Assembly: GCA_964510285.1 (NCBI GenBank)
Contig: CAZEAM010000373.1
Location: 1-41,634 of the forward strand
DNA: 41,634 nt
Reading direction: 5' to 3'
Source: an uncultured Frankiaceae bacterium
Lineage (GTDB): Bacteria > Actinomycetota > Actinomycetes > JAFAQI01
Numbering within the stretch: the stretch's first letter is position 1; every line of letters begins with the position of its first letter. A program made the translations under genes and the position numbers. Below, in pieces: positions 16,149 to 25,843 of the stretch. The notes under the pieces are model-generated. The model did not search any database. It was not told the origin of the DNA and saw nothing but the letters and a program-made list of their open reading frames with translations.

Positions 16149-17957
16149 TCAGCCGGACAGAGCGGGTTGAGTGTGCCGCAGCGATCCGCGCTGCCGCGGG
16201 AGCGCCGGACGATGTGTCAGCGCGTCCGCCAGCGGTCCGGGATGCGCAAACAGGAAACCCTGGCCGGTGGCGCAGCCGAGGTCCGCGAGCGCCCGCGCCT
16301 GGTCGAGCCGCTCGACCCCTTCCGCCACGGTCTCGAGACCGAGTGCGTCGGCCAGCCGGATGACCGCGGTCACCAGAGCGCGGCCGCCCTTCTCGTGAAT
16401 CCGGTCGACGAACGCGCGGTCGATCTTGAGCTCGCACAGCGGCAGCTTCTGCAGGTAGGCCAGCGAGGAGAAGCCGGTGCCGAAGTCGTCCAAGCTCAGC
16501 CCCACCCCGAGCCCGGCCAGCTCGGTCATCGTCGCCTGGGCCGCATCCGCGTCGGCGAGCAGCGCCGACTCGGTGAGCTCCAGGCACAGCCGGGACGGTG
16601 GCGCACCGGTCTCGGCCAGCAGGGCCGCGAGGCCGTCCACGATGCCCGCCGACACCTCGTGCGCCGAGACGTTGACCGCGAGGCGCGGTAGTGGGTTGGC
16701 GCTCTTCTCGGCCGCGGCGAGTGCGCGGCAGACCTCGCCCAGCACCCACCGGCCCAGCGGCACGACCAGCCCGCTGTCTTCCGCCACCGCCATGAACGCG
16801 GCGGGAGCGAGCCGTCCCCGTTGCGGGTGGTTCCAGCGCACGAGCGCTTCCAGGCCGACCACCCGGCCGGTCATGAGATCGACCTGTGGCTGGTAGTCGA
16901 GGGTGAGCTCGCCGCGCTCGATCGCGAGACGCAGCTCGGATTCGGTCTCGAAGCGGTCGACCACCCGTTGCCGGGTGGCGGCACTGAACACCTCGGTGCG
17001 GTCGCGGCCGCCTTCCTTCGCGTGATACATCGCTGAGTCCGCGTCACGCACCAGGTTGTGCGCGGTTTCGGAGACCGCGTTGCCGGCGACCGCGGCGACC
17101 GCAGCCTCGGCGCACAGCTCCGAAGCGCCGATGCTCACGGACAGCACGATCTCGCGGCCGCCCACCACGATCGGCGCGGCGAAGCAGTCGTGCAGCCTGC
17201 GGGTCAGCGTGCGGATCGTCGCTGTGGTGACCGCCTCGGCAACGATGACGAACTCGTCTCCGCCGAACCGGCCGACGAGGTCCACCGGGCGCGAGCACTC
17301 GCGCAGGCGCTGTGCCACCGCGCGCAGCACCTCGTCGCCCGCGTCGTGGCCGAGGCTGTCGTTGACCAGCTTGAAGCGGTCGAGGTCGAGGAACAACACG
17401 GCGAGGGCCTGTCCGGTGTCGCGGCAGCGCTCGACCGCTGCGGCGAGCTCGTGGTCAAGCAGGGCGCGGTTCGGCAAGCCGGTCAGCGGGTCATGGGTGG
17501 CCCGCCGCTTCAGCTCCATCTCGGCAAGGCGGCGTTCCGTCACGTCGGTCAACGTGCCGGTCGAGCCGAGCGACTGGCCGTTGGCGTCCCGGAAGATCCA
17601 GGCATGGATCTCCATCCAGCGCACCCCGCCGTCCGCCGTCAGGTAGCGCGCTTCGAAGCGGCACTTGTCCTTGCCGGTCGTGATCGTCTCGATGAAGATG
17701 TCGAGGTTGCCCTGGCGGTCGTCCGGATGCACGAAGTCGAGGAAGTTCTCGCCCAGCGACGCGTCGACGTCGAACCCGAGTGCGCGCGTCCAGGCCGGGT
17801 TGAGATAGGTCCACCGCCCTTCCGGGTCGGCTTCGAAGATCACTTCTTGGACCGACTCGACCAGCCACCGGTAGCGGTTCGGGCTGGGCTTCTCTCCGAC
17901 TCGAAGCGGACGGCGTACCTGCGGCACCGGCGTCCACCACGGAGGCGTCTGCGCCAT
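16149..17957 (-). CDS. PAS-GGDEF-EAL c-di-GMP turnover protein
   Basis: 602 aa. PAS (VIFEADPEGRWTYLNPAW); GGDEF intact with an I-site (RPVDLVGRFGGDEF); EAL intact (LEALVRW, DDFGTGFSSL, ELKIDRAFV). AGGAGAG SD before the ATG. Confidence 0.95.
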   Translation of the reverse strand: MAQTPPWWTPVPQVRRPLRVGEKPSPNRYRWLVESVQEVIFEADPEGRWTYLNPAWTRALGFDVDASLGENFLDFVHPDDRQGNLDIFIETITTGKDKCRFEARYLTADGGVRWMEIHAWIFRDANGQSLGSTGTLTDVTERRLAEMELKRRATHDPLTGLPNRALLDHELAAAVERCRDTGQALAVLFLDLDRFKLVNDSLGHDAGDEVLRAVAQRLRECSRPVDLVGRFGGDEFVIVAEAVTTATIRTLTRRLHDCFAAPIVVGGREIVLSVSIGASELCAEAAVAAVAGNAVSETAHNLVRDADSAMYHAKEGGRDRTEVFSAATRQRVVDRFETESELRLAIERGELTLDYQPQVDLMTGRVVGLEALVRWNHPQRGRLAPAAFMAVAEDSGLVVPLGRWVLGEVCRALAAAEKSANPLPRLAVNVSAHEVSAGIVDGLAALLAETGAPPSRLCLELTESALLADADAAQATMTELAGLGVGLSLDDFGTGFSSLAYLQKLPLCELKIDRAFVDRIHEKGGRALVTAVIRLADALGLETVAEGVERLDQARALADLGCATGQGFLFAHPGPLADALTHRPALPRQRGSLRHTQPALSG

Positions 17958-18080
17958 GGCGATCTCTCCTGCTGGGGTGGGTCCAGCGTCCTTGGCGGGT
18001 CGCGGCCTGGCAATGACACGAAGTGACTAGGTCTGTCGGGCAACTGGCGCAAATGTCCCGCTTTGCGTGGAGCCGGAGGG

Positions 18081-19613
18081 CTACAGGATGCGAGACGCCC
18101 GGCCTTCCCAGTAGCGGTCGCGGATGCGGCGCTTGTAGAGCTTGCCGTTCGGGTCGCGCGGCAGCTCCGGGTCGAAGTCGATCGACCTCGGGCACTTGTA
18201 CGACGCCAGGTTGGCCCGGCAGTACTCGACCAGCTCGGCGGCAAGCCCCTCGTCCGCGGCGATGCCATCGAGCGGCTGGACGACCGCCTTGACCTCCTCG
18301 CCGAACTCGACGTTCGGAACGCCGAACACCGCCGCGTCCGCGACCTTCGGATGCATGATCAGCAGGTTCTCGGTCTCCTGCGGATAGATGTTGACTCCGC
18401 CGGACACGATCATGAACGTCGATCGGTCGGTCAGGTAGAGGTAGCCGTCGGAGTCGACGTACCCCATGTCGCCGAGGGTGCGCCAGCCGTTGGCGTTCGC
18501 GACCGACATCGTCTTGTCCGGGTCGCGCCAATACTCGAACGGTGGCCCGCCTTCGAAGAAGATCTCGCCGGTCTCGCCGACCGGCAGCTCGGTGCCGTCC
18601 TCGCCGAGGACGTGGATCGGGTTGAGCGGCAGCCCGACCGAACCCGGATGTGCGAGCCACTCCTGCGGCCCGATCATCGTGCCGGCGAACCCCTCGGTCC
18701 CGCCGTAGTACTCGTGGATGATCGGGCCGAACCAGTCGAGCATCGCCCGCTTCACGTCGACCGCGCACGGTGCCGCGGCGTGCAGGACGCACTGCAGGCT
18801 GGACACGTCGTACCTGGCTCGTACGTCGGCCGGCAGCTTGAGCATCCGGACGAACATCGTCGGCACGAACTGCGCGTGCGTGACCCGGTGCCGCTCGATG
18901 AGCCGCAGCGTCTCCTCGGCGTCGAACTTCGGGACCATGACCGTCGCGGCGCCGACCCGGTTGACCGCCATCGTGTAGTTGACACCCGCCGCGTGGTAGA
19001 GCGGCGCGGGCGAGAGGTACACGCTGTCCGCGGTCGCGGCGTACCGGTGCAGCAGGGCGCTTTCGAGCACGGCCTGCGCCCACGAGCCGTTCTCGGTCGG
19101 CAGCGGGCGGCGGATTCCCTTCGGCCGACCGGTGGTCCCGGACGAGTAGAGCATCTCTGATCCGTCCGAAGCCGGAGCCTCGGTCTCGACCGCCGCGAGC
19201 GCGGCGTCGTAGATCGTCCAGCCGGGCCAGTCGGCGCCGACCGCGACCCGCGCGGCGAGCGCCGCGGTGTGGTCGAGCAGATCGGTGGCGAGCCGCTGCA
19301 TCGATCCGTCGATGAACAGGGCCCGGGCCTGGCAGTCGTCGACGATGTAGGCGACCTCGTCGAACGTCAGATGCGTGTTGACCGGCACGTAGTAGAGGCC
19401 GGACAGCTGGCAGCCCCAGGCGACCTCGAGGAACTCGCGGCGGTTCGGCAGCATCAGTGCGACGGCGTCGCCACGGCGCAGACCCGCCTCGTAGAGCAGG
19501 CCCGCGACGCGGCGGGCCCGGTCGTGCAGCTCGCCGTAGGTCACCCGCGCGTCACCAGGGCCGAGGATCGCCACCGCCTCCGGCCTGGTCGCAGCGTGGT
19601 CAGCGATGTTCAC
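18081..19613 (-). CDS. Acyl-CoA synthetase (AMP-forming, FadD-like)
   Basis: 510 aa with a GTG start. Motifs: LYSSGTTGRPKG, YYGGTEG, GDMGYVDSDGYLYLTDR, GKLYKRRIRD. Confidence 0.9.
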   Translation of the reverse strand: MNIADHAATRPEAVAILGPGDARVTYGELHDRARRVAGLLYEAGLRRGDAVALMLPNRREFLEVAWGCQLSGLYYVPVNTHLTFDEVAYIVDDCQARALFIDGSMQRLATDLLDHTAALAARVAVGADWPGWTIYDAALAAVETEAPASDGSEMLYSSGTTGRPKGIRRPLPTENGSWAQAVLESALLHRYAATADSVYLSPAPLYHAAGVNYTMAVNRVGAATVMVPKFDAEETLRLIERHRVTHAQFVPTMFVRMLKLPADVRARYDVSSLQCVLHAAAPCAVDVKRAMLDWFGPIIHEYYGGTEGFAGTMIGPQEWLAHPGSVGLPLNPIHVLGEDGTELPVGETGEIFFEGGPPFEYWRDPDKTMSVANANGWRTLGDMGYVDSDGYLYLTDRSTFMIVSGGVNIYPQETENLLIMHPKVADAAVFGVPNVEFGEEVKAVVQPLDGIAADEGLAAELVEYCRANLASYKCPRSIDFDPELPRDPNGKLYKRRIRDRYWEGRASRIL

Positions 19614-21276
19614 GGCCCGGCACGATATCGCCGGACAGGACGCTCACCGGAGTCGACAACCCGTACGACCTACCGCACACCCGCCCGCGCGCGACCTGCT
19701 GCGGTTGGAAGTAGTGCGTCGTCGCGGTGACCTGCGGCGGGCTGGCGCTGGTCACGGCATTCGCCGACGTCGGTGCGGTCCCGCGGATCTGGAAGCGGAC
19801 CACCTTGGTGAACTGGCAGTTCGCCGCCACCGACTCGATCGTGAACTCGACCGGGGGAGGCGTCACGTGCGTGTTGAGGTTGTCGAGGCCGCCGGCGCCG
19901 GTCGACCCTTCGATCAGCTTGATCAGTGAGCCGGTCTGCAGCGACGCGTCCGCGTTCTGGGCGTGGAGGTGCCCGGCGTCGATCTGGCGGACCCGGCCGG
20001 AGAGGTCCTCGGCGGCGCGGTCGGCAGCGATCGGCTCGTGGCTCGCGACGATGTCGAAGGTGGCATTCGGCGGGACCGAGCCGAGCGCACCGTCGACGGT
20101 CTCGGTTTCCAGGTCGTGGACCACGCGCGGGTCGTTCGATCCGAACTCGTCGGCACCGCCGTACACCCGAGGATCTGGGATCGCGGCGATCCGCAACCCG
20201 TAGGCGTCCATCTGCTGCGCGGAGACGATCGAACCGCCCAGGTTGTCCGAGACCTTCGTGCCGAGCACGGTGACTCCCGGCACCTTGCGCATGATCCGCA
20301 CGGTCGTCGGCGAGTCATGGTTGCCGGCGATCCAGATCATCGGCGCGATCGACGTGAGACCGCGCAGCTGCTTCAGGTAGGTCGGGGTCATCTCCAGCGC
20401 GGTGCCGAACTCGGCCTCGTCGCCGGTGTTGACGATCAGCGCGACGTGGAAGCTCTTCGCGTACTCGCTGACGATCGGGTACGTGCTCGCGAGGTGCATG
20501 TCGGACACCCACAGCACGTTGAACTCGGTCGGCGGCACGTTGCTGCGAGTGATGCGCTGCTGAAGGTTCGCCTGGATCGCGCTCACCGCGCTGAGCACGT
20601 CCGTCGCCTTCGAGTGCGCCTGGTAGTAACGCTGGAGCTGGTTCGGGAACAGCTGCAACGCCGCGAGCGTGCCGCTCACCTGTGACCGCCGGGTCCACCC
20701 CGGGTTGAACGTGACAACGCCGATCTGCACCAGCAACACCGTGACGATGCCGGCGCCCAGAAGCTGGACGCCACGGTGCCGCAACTCGTGTGCGCGATGC
20801 GGCAGGCGGCGCAGATGGCGGATCGCCAGGTTGACCGTCGCCGCGGCCACCATCCCGAGCAGGATGCCGATTGCCGCCTCGCCGACCAGCCAGGCCGCGA
20901 TCTGCGGCAGCTGGTCGACGAGGTCGGCACGCAGCCGGCCGGCGTACTTCGCCGGGTGCGGGGCGGCCACCGAGGACAGCCGCACCAGATCCAGGTTGAC
21001 CGGAGCGAGATGCACGCCGACCGGAAGCCAGTCGATGTGCGGGAACGTCCAGCTGCCGAACGACGTGTCGGCGGACAGGCCGCGACGGGTGACCACGCTG
21101 CCCTGCACGACGAATCGGGTGCCGGCCGCGGTCAGGTGATACGGGAACAGCGACAGCATCGCCGCCATACCGCCGAGCGGGAGACCGAGGCGCAGGATCC
21201 ATCGTCCGAGCGCCGCGGCCACCTGCGGGAGGACGCGCGGCAGCCACCGCCGCGCGCGCGTCATCCGAACCGCCAC
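19600..21276 (-). CDS. Membrane-anchored calcineurin-like metallophosphoesterase
   Basis: 558 aa. N-terminal TM helices are followed by VLWVSDMHL, NTGDEAE, AGNHD, ASHEP and AGHLHAQ. The start may be GTG 21276 or ATG 21264. The 3' end overlaps the next gene by 14 nt. Confidence 0.85.
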   Translation of the reverse strand: MAVRMTRARRWLPRVLPQVAAALGRWILRLGLPLGGMAAMLSLFPYHLTAAGTRFVVQGSVVTRRGLSADTSFGSWTFPHIDWLPVGVHLAPVNLDLVRLSSVAAPHPAKYAGRLRADLVDQLPQIAAWLVGEAAIGILLGMVAAATVNLAIRHLRRLPHRAHELRHRGVQLLGAGIVTVLLVQIGVVTFNPGWTRRSQVSGTLAALQLFPNQLQRYYQAHSKATDVLSAVSAIQANLQQRITRSNVPPTEFNVLWVSDMHLASTYPIVSEYAKSFHVALIVNTGDEAEFGTALEMTPTYLKQLRGLTSIAPMIWIAGNHDSPTTVRIMRKVPGVTVLGTKVSDNLGGSIVSAQQMDAYGLRIAAIPDPRVYGGADEFGSNDPRVVHDLETETVDGALGSVPPNATFDIVASHEPIAADRAAEDLSGRVRQIDAGHLHAQNADASLQTGSLIKLIEGSTGAGGLDNLNTHVTPPPVEFTIESVAANCQFTKVVRFQIRGTAPTSANAVTSASPPQVTATTHYFQPQQVARGRVCGRSYGLSTPVSVLSGDIVPGREHR

Positions 21277-21337
21277 ACCTCATCTTTGTGCCCACGACCG
21301 GCCGGCTGCGCGCATCCCGCTGGCCGAGGTCTGCCGG

Positions 21338-21667
21338 TCAGGCCGGGATCGCGGGCCTCGGACCGTGCACCGCCTCCGGCACGGGGAGCAGCTCACCGAT
21401 CTCGACGCCCCCGTCGCGGCTGAGGGTCGGGCAGCCCTCGGCGAGCGCGACTGCCGCGTCGAGGTCCGGTGCCTCGACCAGCGAGAAGCCACCGAGGTCG
21501 GTGCTCGCGCGGTCGCACTCGCCGACGCTGCGGCTCGCGCCGACCGGCTGGCCGACGCTGACGACCGCCTCGCCGATCGCACCGAACCATTCGCGCCACA
21601 GCGCGGAGGCCTCGGGGGTTGGCTGGTAGCCCTTCGGGCTGCGGTAGGAGAACACGTACGTAGCCAT
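21338..21667 (-). CDS. YciI/DGPF-like small protein
   Basis: ATG at 21667 (MATYVFSYRSPKGYQPTPEASALWREWF...GGFSLVEAPDLDAAVALAEGCP). Confidence 0.8.
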   Translation of the reverse strand: MATYVFSYRSPKGYQPTPEASALWREWFGAIGEAVVSVGQPVGASRSVGECDRASTDLGGFSLVEAPDLDAAVALAEGCPTLSRDGGVEIGELLPVPEAVHGPRPAIPA

Positions 21668-21851
21668 TTGCTGCCTCTTTCGGTCCAACCGTGACCCGTC
21701 GGTCGACGGGCAGCGAGGTAGACCCCGTCGTACCCGCGAAGTGGGCGCGCCCGGACCGCCCAGTTTCGCCGGTCCCCGGTGTCAACAGACAACGGAGGCC
21801 GACCCGGTCGATCGTCATGACGTGAGGAAGTGGTGATGCGAGGGTGTCGAC

Positions 21852-22841
21852 GTGAGTGCGGAGCTGCTCGACCGGGCGAGGGGCGGCGACGAGGTCGCGT
21901 TCGCCGACCTGGTCGCGCCGCACCGCCGCGAGCTGCACGTGCACTGCTACCGGATCCTCGGCTCGGTGGCGGACGCCGACGACGCGTTGCAGGAGACGCT
22001 GCTGTCGGCCTGGCAGGCGCTACCCGCGTTCGAGGAGCGGTCCTCGCTTCGGACCTGGCTGTACCGGATCGCGACGAGTCGCTGCCTGAACCAGCTACGC
22101 GCCGGCCGGCGTCGTCCGCAGCGGGCCCCGAACGTGCTGCCGGCTGAAGCCCGGCCGCCGGCGCCGACCAGGCTCAACGAGATCACCTGGCTGGAGCCCT
22201 ACCCGGACCTGCTGCTCGACGAGCTCGCCGACCCCGACCCGACCCCCGAGGCATTGATCACCTCACGCGAGTCGATCTCGCTCGCGTTCGTCACGGCGTT
22301 ACAGATCTTGCCGCCGCGGCAACGCGCCGTACTGATCCTTCGTGACGTCCTGGACTTCTCCGCGCGCGAGGTCGCGGAGATGCTCGAGACGACCGAGCAG
22401 TCGGTCACCAGCGCGTTGAAACGGGCGCGTGCCACGGTGCACTCGGATCCGGCGCGCACCAACCCGGAGGTGGAGCAGGACCTTGTCGACCGGCTGGTGA
22501 CTGCCTTCGAGACCGGGGACGTGCCGGCGCTGGTCGCGCTGCTGACCGAGGACGCGCGGCTGTCGATGCCGCCGGTGCCGCTGGAGTACGAAGGCCGCGA
22601 CCTGGTCGGCGAGTTCTTCTCGGTCGTGGCGTTCCGGCAAGGCCGCCGGTTCCGGATGGTGACGACGCGGGCCAACGGGCAACCCGCGCTCGCGGTCTAT
22701 ACGCGTGATCCGCATGGGGGGATCGCCCACGCGTTCGGGCTGCTGGTCATCGGGATCCGCGACGACAAGATCGCGACGATCACGCGATTCGACAACGCGG
22801 TGATCGGGCCGTTCGGGTTGCCGCGCACGATCGCCGACTGA
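21852..22841 (+). CDS. ECF sigma factor with fused C-terminal NTF2/SnoaL-like extension (ECF41/ECF56-type)
   Basis: GTG start, 329 aa. Region 2: FADLVAPHRRELHVHCYRILGSVADADDALQETLLSAWQ. Region 4: LPPRQRAVLILRDVLDFSAREVAEMLETTEQSVTSALKRAR. A tail of about 130 aa follows (VTAFETGDVPALVALLTEDARLSMPP...). Confidence 0.9.
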   Translation: MSAELLDRARGGDEVAFADLVAPHRRELHVHCYRILGSVADADDALQETLLSAWQALPAFEERSSLRTWLYRIATSRCLNQLRAGRRRPQRAPNVLPAEARPPAPTRLNEITWLEPYPDLLLDELADPDPTPEALITSRESISLAFVTALQILPPRQRAVLILRDVLDFSAREVAEMLETTEQSVTSALKRARATVHSDPARTNPEVEQDLVDRLVTAFETGDVPALVALLTEDARLSMPPVPLEYEGRDLVGEFFSVVAFRQGRRFRMVTTRANGQPALAVYTRDPHGGIAHAFGLLVIGIRDDKIATITRFDNAVIGPFGLPRTIAD

Positions 22842-22930
22842 CCGAGCCTGCGCCGGCAGAATCCGATGCACCTTGAGGCTGGGAACTCGCCGACACCGCT
22901 TCGTGGCCTCGTGGGTTGCTCATTCACCGC

Positions 22931-23428
22931 CTACTCCACGACGCGAAATCCGATGCGTTCGTACAGCGCGAGAGCTGGGTTCCCACGGGTTACCGCAAGG
23001 TGCAGTTCAGACTCGCCCAAGTCGGCGAGACGGCTCACGCTGAGCCGGATCAGCCAGCCCGCCAAGCCGCGCCGCTGCCACGCCGGCACGGTGAGGGCGA
23101 ACGCCAGTAGCGGTGCGGAGTCGTGGACGATGTCATTGACGACGATCACGGCAGCGACCAGACGACCTTCAAATGCTGCCGTAAGGCTCGCATCCCAGAT
23201 GAGCGGGCCCCACCTTCCCGCGAGGGTTGACTCGGCATCCGCGATGGCGTCTTGTTCGTCCGCGTACTCATCGTCGATCGTGCCGCGGTAAGCCGCCCAC
23301 ATGAGCTCCCCAAGGTCCGTCGCATCCCACTCGGACAGCGGGCGGCAAACAGCACCGGGCGGGATCGCGTCCGATACCGGCGGCAGGGAGGTCGGCCTCA
23401 GGCACAGATGCAGGGCGTCGCGAGCCAT
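22931..23428 (-). CDS. GNAT-family N-acetyltransferase
   Basis: 165 aa. The acetyl-CoA motif region reads VPAWQRRGLAGWLIRLSV...NPALALYERIGFRVV. Confidence 0.85.
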   Translation of the reverse strand: MARDALHLCLRPTSLPPVSDAIPPGAVCRPLSEWDATDLGELMWAAYRGTIDDEYADEQDAIADAESTLAGRWGPLIWDASLTAAFEGRLVAAVIVVNDIVHDSAPLLAFALTVPAWQRRGLAGWLIRLSVSRLADLGESELHLAVTRGNPALALYERIGFRVVE

Positions 23429-23511
23429 CGGGCGACATTACGGCGCGGGAGAGCAAAGACGCACGGTTCGCGGCGGCACGTTTCGGCCATCGCGCGATCG
23501 CATGACCTGAG

Positions 23512-25782
23512 CTATCCCGGTCGTGACGAATCCGCCGAGACCGGTTCCGGGTCCAGACGAGGCAGACGTCGGTCGAGCCAGCACGGCAGCCACCAGTTAT
23601 AGCGACCAAGCAGCTGCATAGTTGCTGGCAGCAGGAGGCTACGGACGATGAGCGCGTCGACCGCGATCGCGACGGCCATCGCGAGCCCGAACATCTTCAC
23701 GGTGCGGGCGTCAGCGAACACCAGCGAGGCAAACAGGACGATCATCACGGCGGCACCTGCGGTGACGATGCGTCCGGTCGCCGCGAGCCCTTCGGTGACT
23801 GCGGTGCGGTTGTCGGCGGTGATGTCCCATTCGTGGCGGATACGGGATACAAGGAAGACCTCATAGTCCATTGACAGCCCGAATACGACCGGGAAAAGCA
23901 GTAGGGGCAGGAATGCCTCGAGCGGACCTGGTTGATCGACGCCGATCAGCCGCAAGCCCCAGCCCCACTGGAAGACCGCAACAACGACGCCGAAGGCGGC
24001 GGCCACGGAAAGCAGGTTCATCACGCCCGCCTTGAGTGGGACAACCACGGACCGGAACAAGACGAGCAGCAGGAGCAGCGAGATGCCGATCACCGCCGCG
24101 AGCACGTACGGCATCGACCGGCTGACCGCGTGTGCGAGGTCGGCGTTGATCGCCGCGCTCCCGCCGACATCGATCGTGACGCCCTGGCGGCGCAGCCTGT
24201 CGGCCACCGGCCCGCGCAACTGGCGTAGAAGGTCGGTTCGTTGCGCCGCGCTCGGTGGGCTCGCCGCATAGACGTCAACGGCAATGACCCGCCCGTCGGT
24301 CGAGAAATCGGTCGGTCCGAGTCCTGCCACCCCGGGTGTACCGGCGAGGGTGGCGCGGGTGAGGTGTGCCGCGTCCGTAACACCCGCCAGGCCATGCGAA
24401 CCGGTAGACCTGGCGACAACGGTAAAGGGTGACGTCACTCCGGGTCCGAATGCCTGGGTCGTATATGTGTAGGCGCGGTGCGCTGGTGTGCTCGTGTTGT
24501 CGGTGCTCGCGTCGGCGTTGCCGACACGAAGCGCGAGCGCGGGCAGGGCCAACAGCAAGAGCATCGCCACGGCTGAGCCAGCCGCGAGCAGCGGACGGTC
24601 CTGGACATGTCGCGCCCAGTTGGCCCACCAAGCGGAGCGTTCCCCCAACTGCCCGCGCTGCATCTTCGGTAGGCGCCAGCGATCCAGGTTGCCGCCGAGC
24701 CGACCCAGCATCGCCGGCAGCAGCGTCACCGCCGAGATAACCGTCGGCACAACCACGACGGACACCCCGACTGCCAAACCGTGCACGAAGGGCAACGGAA
24801 CGGTATAGAGACCCAGCATTGCGACGATGACCGTCGAGCCAGCGAAGATGACCGCCCGCGCGGATGCGTGCATCGCCAGTTCGGTCGCCACGTCAGGTGC
24901 GAGACCGAATCGGGCCGCCGCGCGGTAGCGAGCAAGTACCAGCAAGGCGTAGTCGATTCCGACGCCGAGTCCCAACGTGGTGGCGACTTGCGTGGCAAAG
25001 GTCGGTATGGCAATGAGGTGGCTGAGCAGCGCCATCGCGCCTAGGCCAATACTCAACGCGAGGCCCGCGGACATCAGCGCCATCGCTACCGCAACTGCCG
25101 AACCGAAGCCGATCAGTAGTACGACGATCGTGGCAAGAAGCGCTATCGATTCGCCCGCCGAGGGGGCATAGGCCTGGGCGTTCTCACTCGCCTGCCCGAC
25201 CAGACCGACGGCGAGCACGGGGCCGGTTGCCCGATCGGCAACCGCTAGGACCTGTCGCACCGAGGAGGTCGGTACCGCGTCGGTCGGCTCCCGGAACCGC
25301 AACACCGCAACGGCCGTTCGGCCGTCGGTGGAGATCTTCGCTTCACTGCGCGAGACTGGATCGTCCACTGACGCCACGTCGGGCACGGCCCGCAGCTGGT
25401 CCGTCATCTGGGTAATCGCGGCCCGCGATTGGGAGCTGCGAAGCGATCCGTTCATCGCGTGTACGACCAGCAGCTCCCGGTCACCCTGATAGCCGGCGAA
25501 ATGCGAGTGGAGTGCATCCGTCGCGCGCTGCGAGTCGGTGCCCGGCAACCGGAAGTCCGTGCGGTACTGCCCACCCGCCAGCAAGAGAACAGCAATCGAC
25601 GCCGCGCCAGCGAGCAGCCAGCCGATGCCGACAGCGGACGCATGTCGAGTGCACCACCCAGCAATCCACGCGGAAGAGGAACGTCGCGCGCTGACCTGCG
25701 CCGAATGAGAACGCGACTGCTCGCCACCAGGCACTGGTCCTGCATACCGCTCGGTATCCCGGATACCGGAGCGAATGGACAT
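23512..25782 (-). CDS. MMPL-family (RND-superfamily) membrane transporter
   Basis: 756 aa with two blocks of about 6 TM helices separated by soluble loops. The longest ORF starts at ATG 25782. An alternative GTG at 25734 would leave all operator-like palindromes in the intergenic region (see finding). Confidence 0.9.
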   Translation of the reverse strand: MSIRSGIRDTERYAGPVPGGEQSRSHSAQVSARRSSSAWIAGWCTRHASAVGIGWLLAGAASIAVLLLAGGQYRTDFRLPGTDSQRATDALHSHFAGYQGDRELLVVHAMNGSLRSSQSRAAITQMTDQLRAVPDVASVDDPVSRSEAKISTDGRTAVAVLRFREPTDAVPTSSVRQVLAVADRATGPVLAVGLVGQASENAQAYAPSAGESIALLATIVVLLIGFGSAVAVAMALMSAGLALSIGLGAMALLSHLIAIPTFATQVATTLGLGVGIDYALLVLARYRAAARFGLAPDVATELAMHASARAVIFAGSTVIVAMLGLYTVPLPFVHGLAVGVSVVVVPTVISAVTLLPAMLGRLGGNLDRWRLPKMQRGQLGERSAWWANWARHVQDRPLLAAGSAVAMLLLLALPALALRVGNADASTDNTSTPAHRAYTYTTQAFGPGVTSPFTVVARSTGSHGLAGVTDAAHLTRATLAGTPGVAGLGPTDFSTDGRVIAVDVYAASPPSAAQRTDLLRQLRGPVADRLRRQGVTIDVGGSAAINADLAHAVSRSMPYVLAAVIGISLLLLLVLFRSVVVPLKAGVMNLLSVAAAFGVVVAVFQWGWGLRLIGVDQPGPLEAFLPLLLFPVVFGLSMDYEVFLVSRIRHEWDITADNRTAVTEGLAATGRIVTAGAAVMIVLFASLVFADARTVKMFGLAMAVAIAVDALIVRSLLLPATMQLLGRYNWWLPCWLDRRLPRLDPEPVSADSSRPG

Positions 25783-25805
25783 GGACGGACCGTACCGCTC
25801 GGTAT
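25744..25805. promoter_or_regulatory. Array of CGGTAT-based palindromes, a candidate TetR operator between the MMPL and TetR genes
   Basis: ATACCGCTCGGTAT (25744-25757), CGGTATCC-C-GGATACCG (25752-25768), GTACCGCTCGGTAT (25792-25805). Confidence 0.5.
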
Positions 25806-25843
25806 CTGATTGTCAAGACGGGATCTCGCGGCATGATGCAGGT

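Noticed and set aside
16149-17957. A functional link between the PAS-GGDEF-EAL gene and the WhiG-type sigma, since c-di-GMP controls WhiG via RsiG in Streptomyces.
   Set aside because: The genes are 15 kb apart with unrelated genes between them, and no RsiG-like gene is visible. This is speculation without sequence support here.
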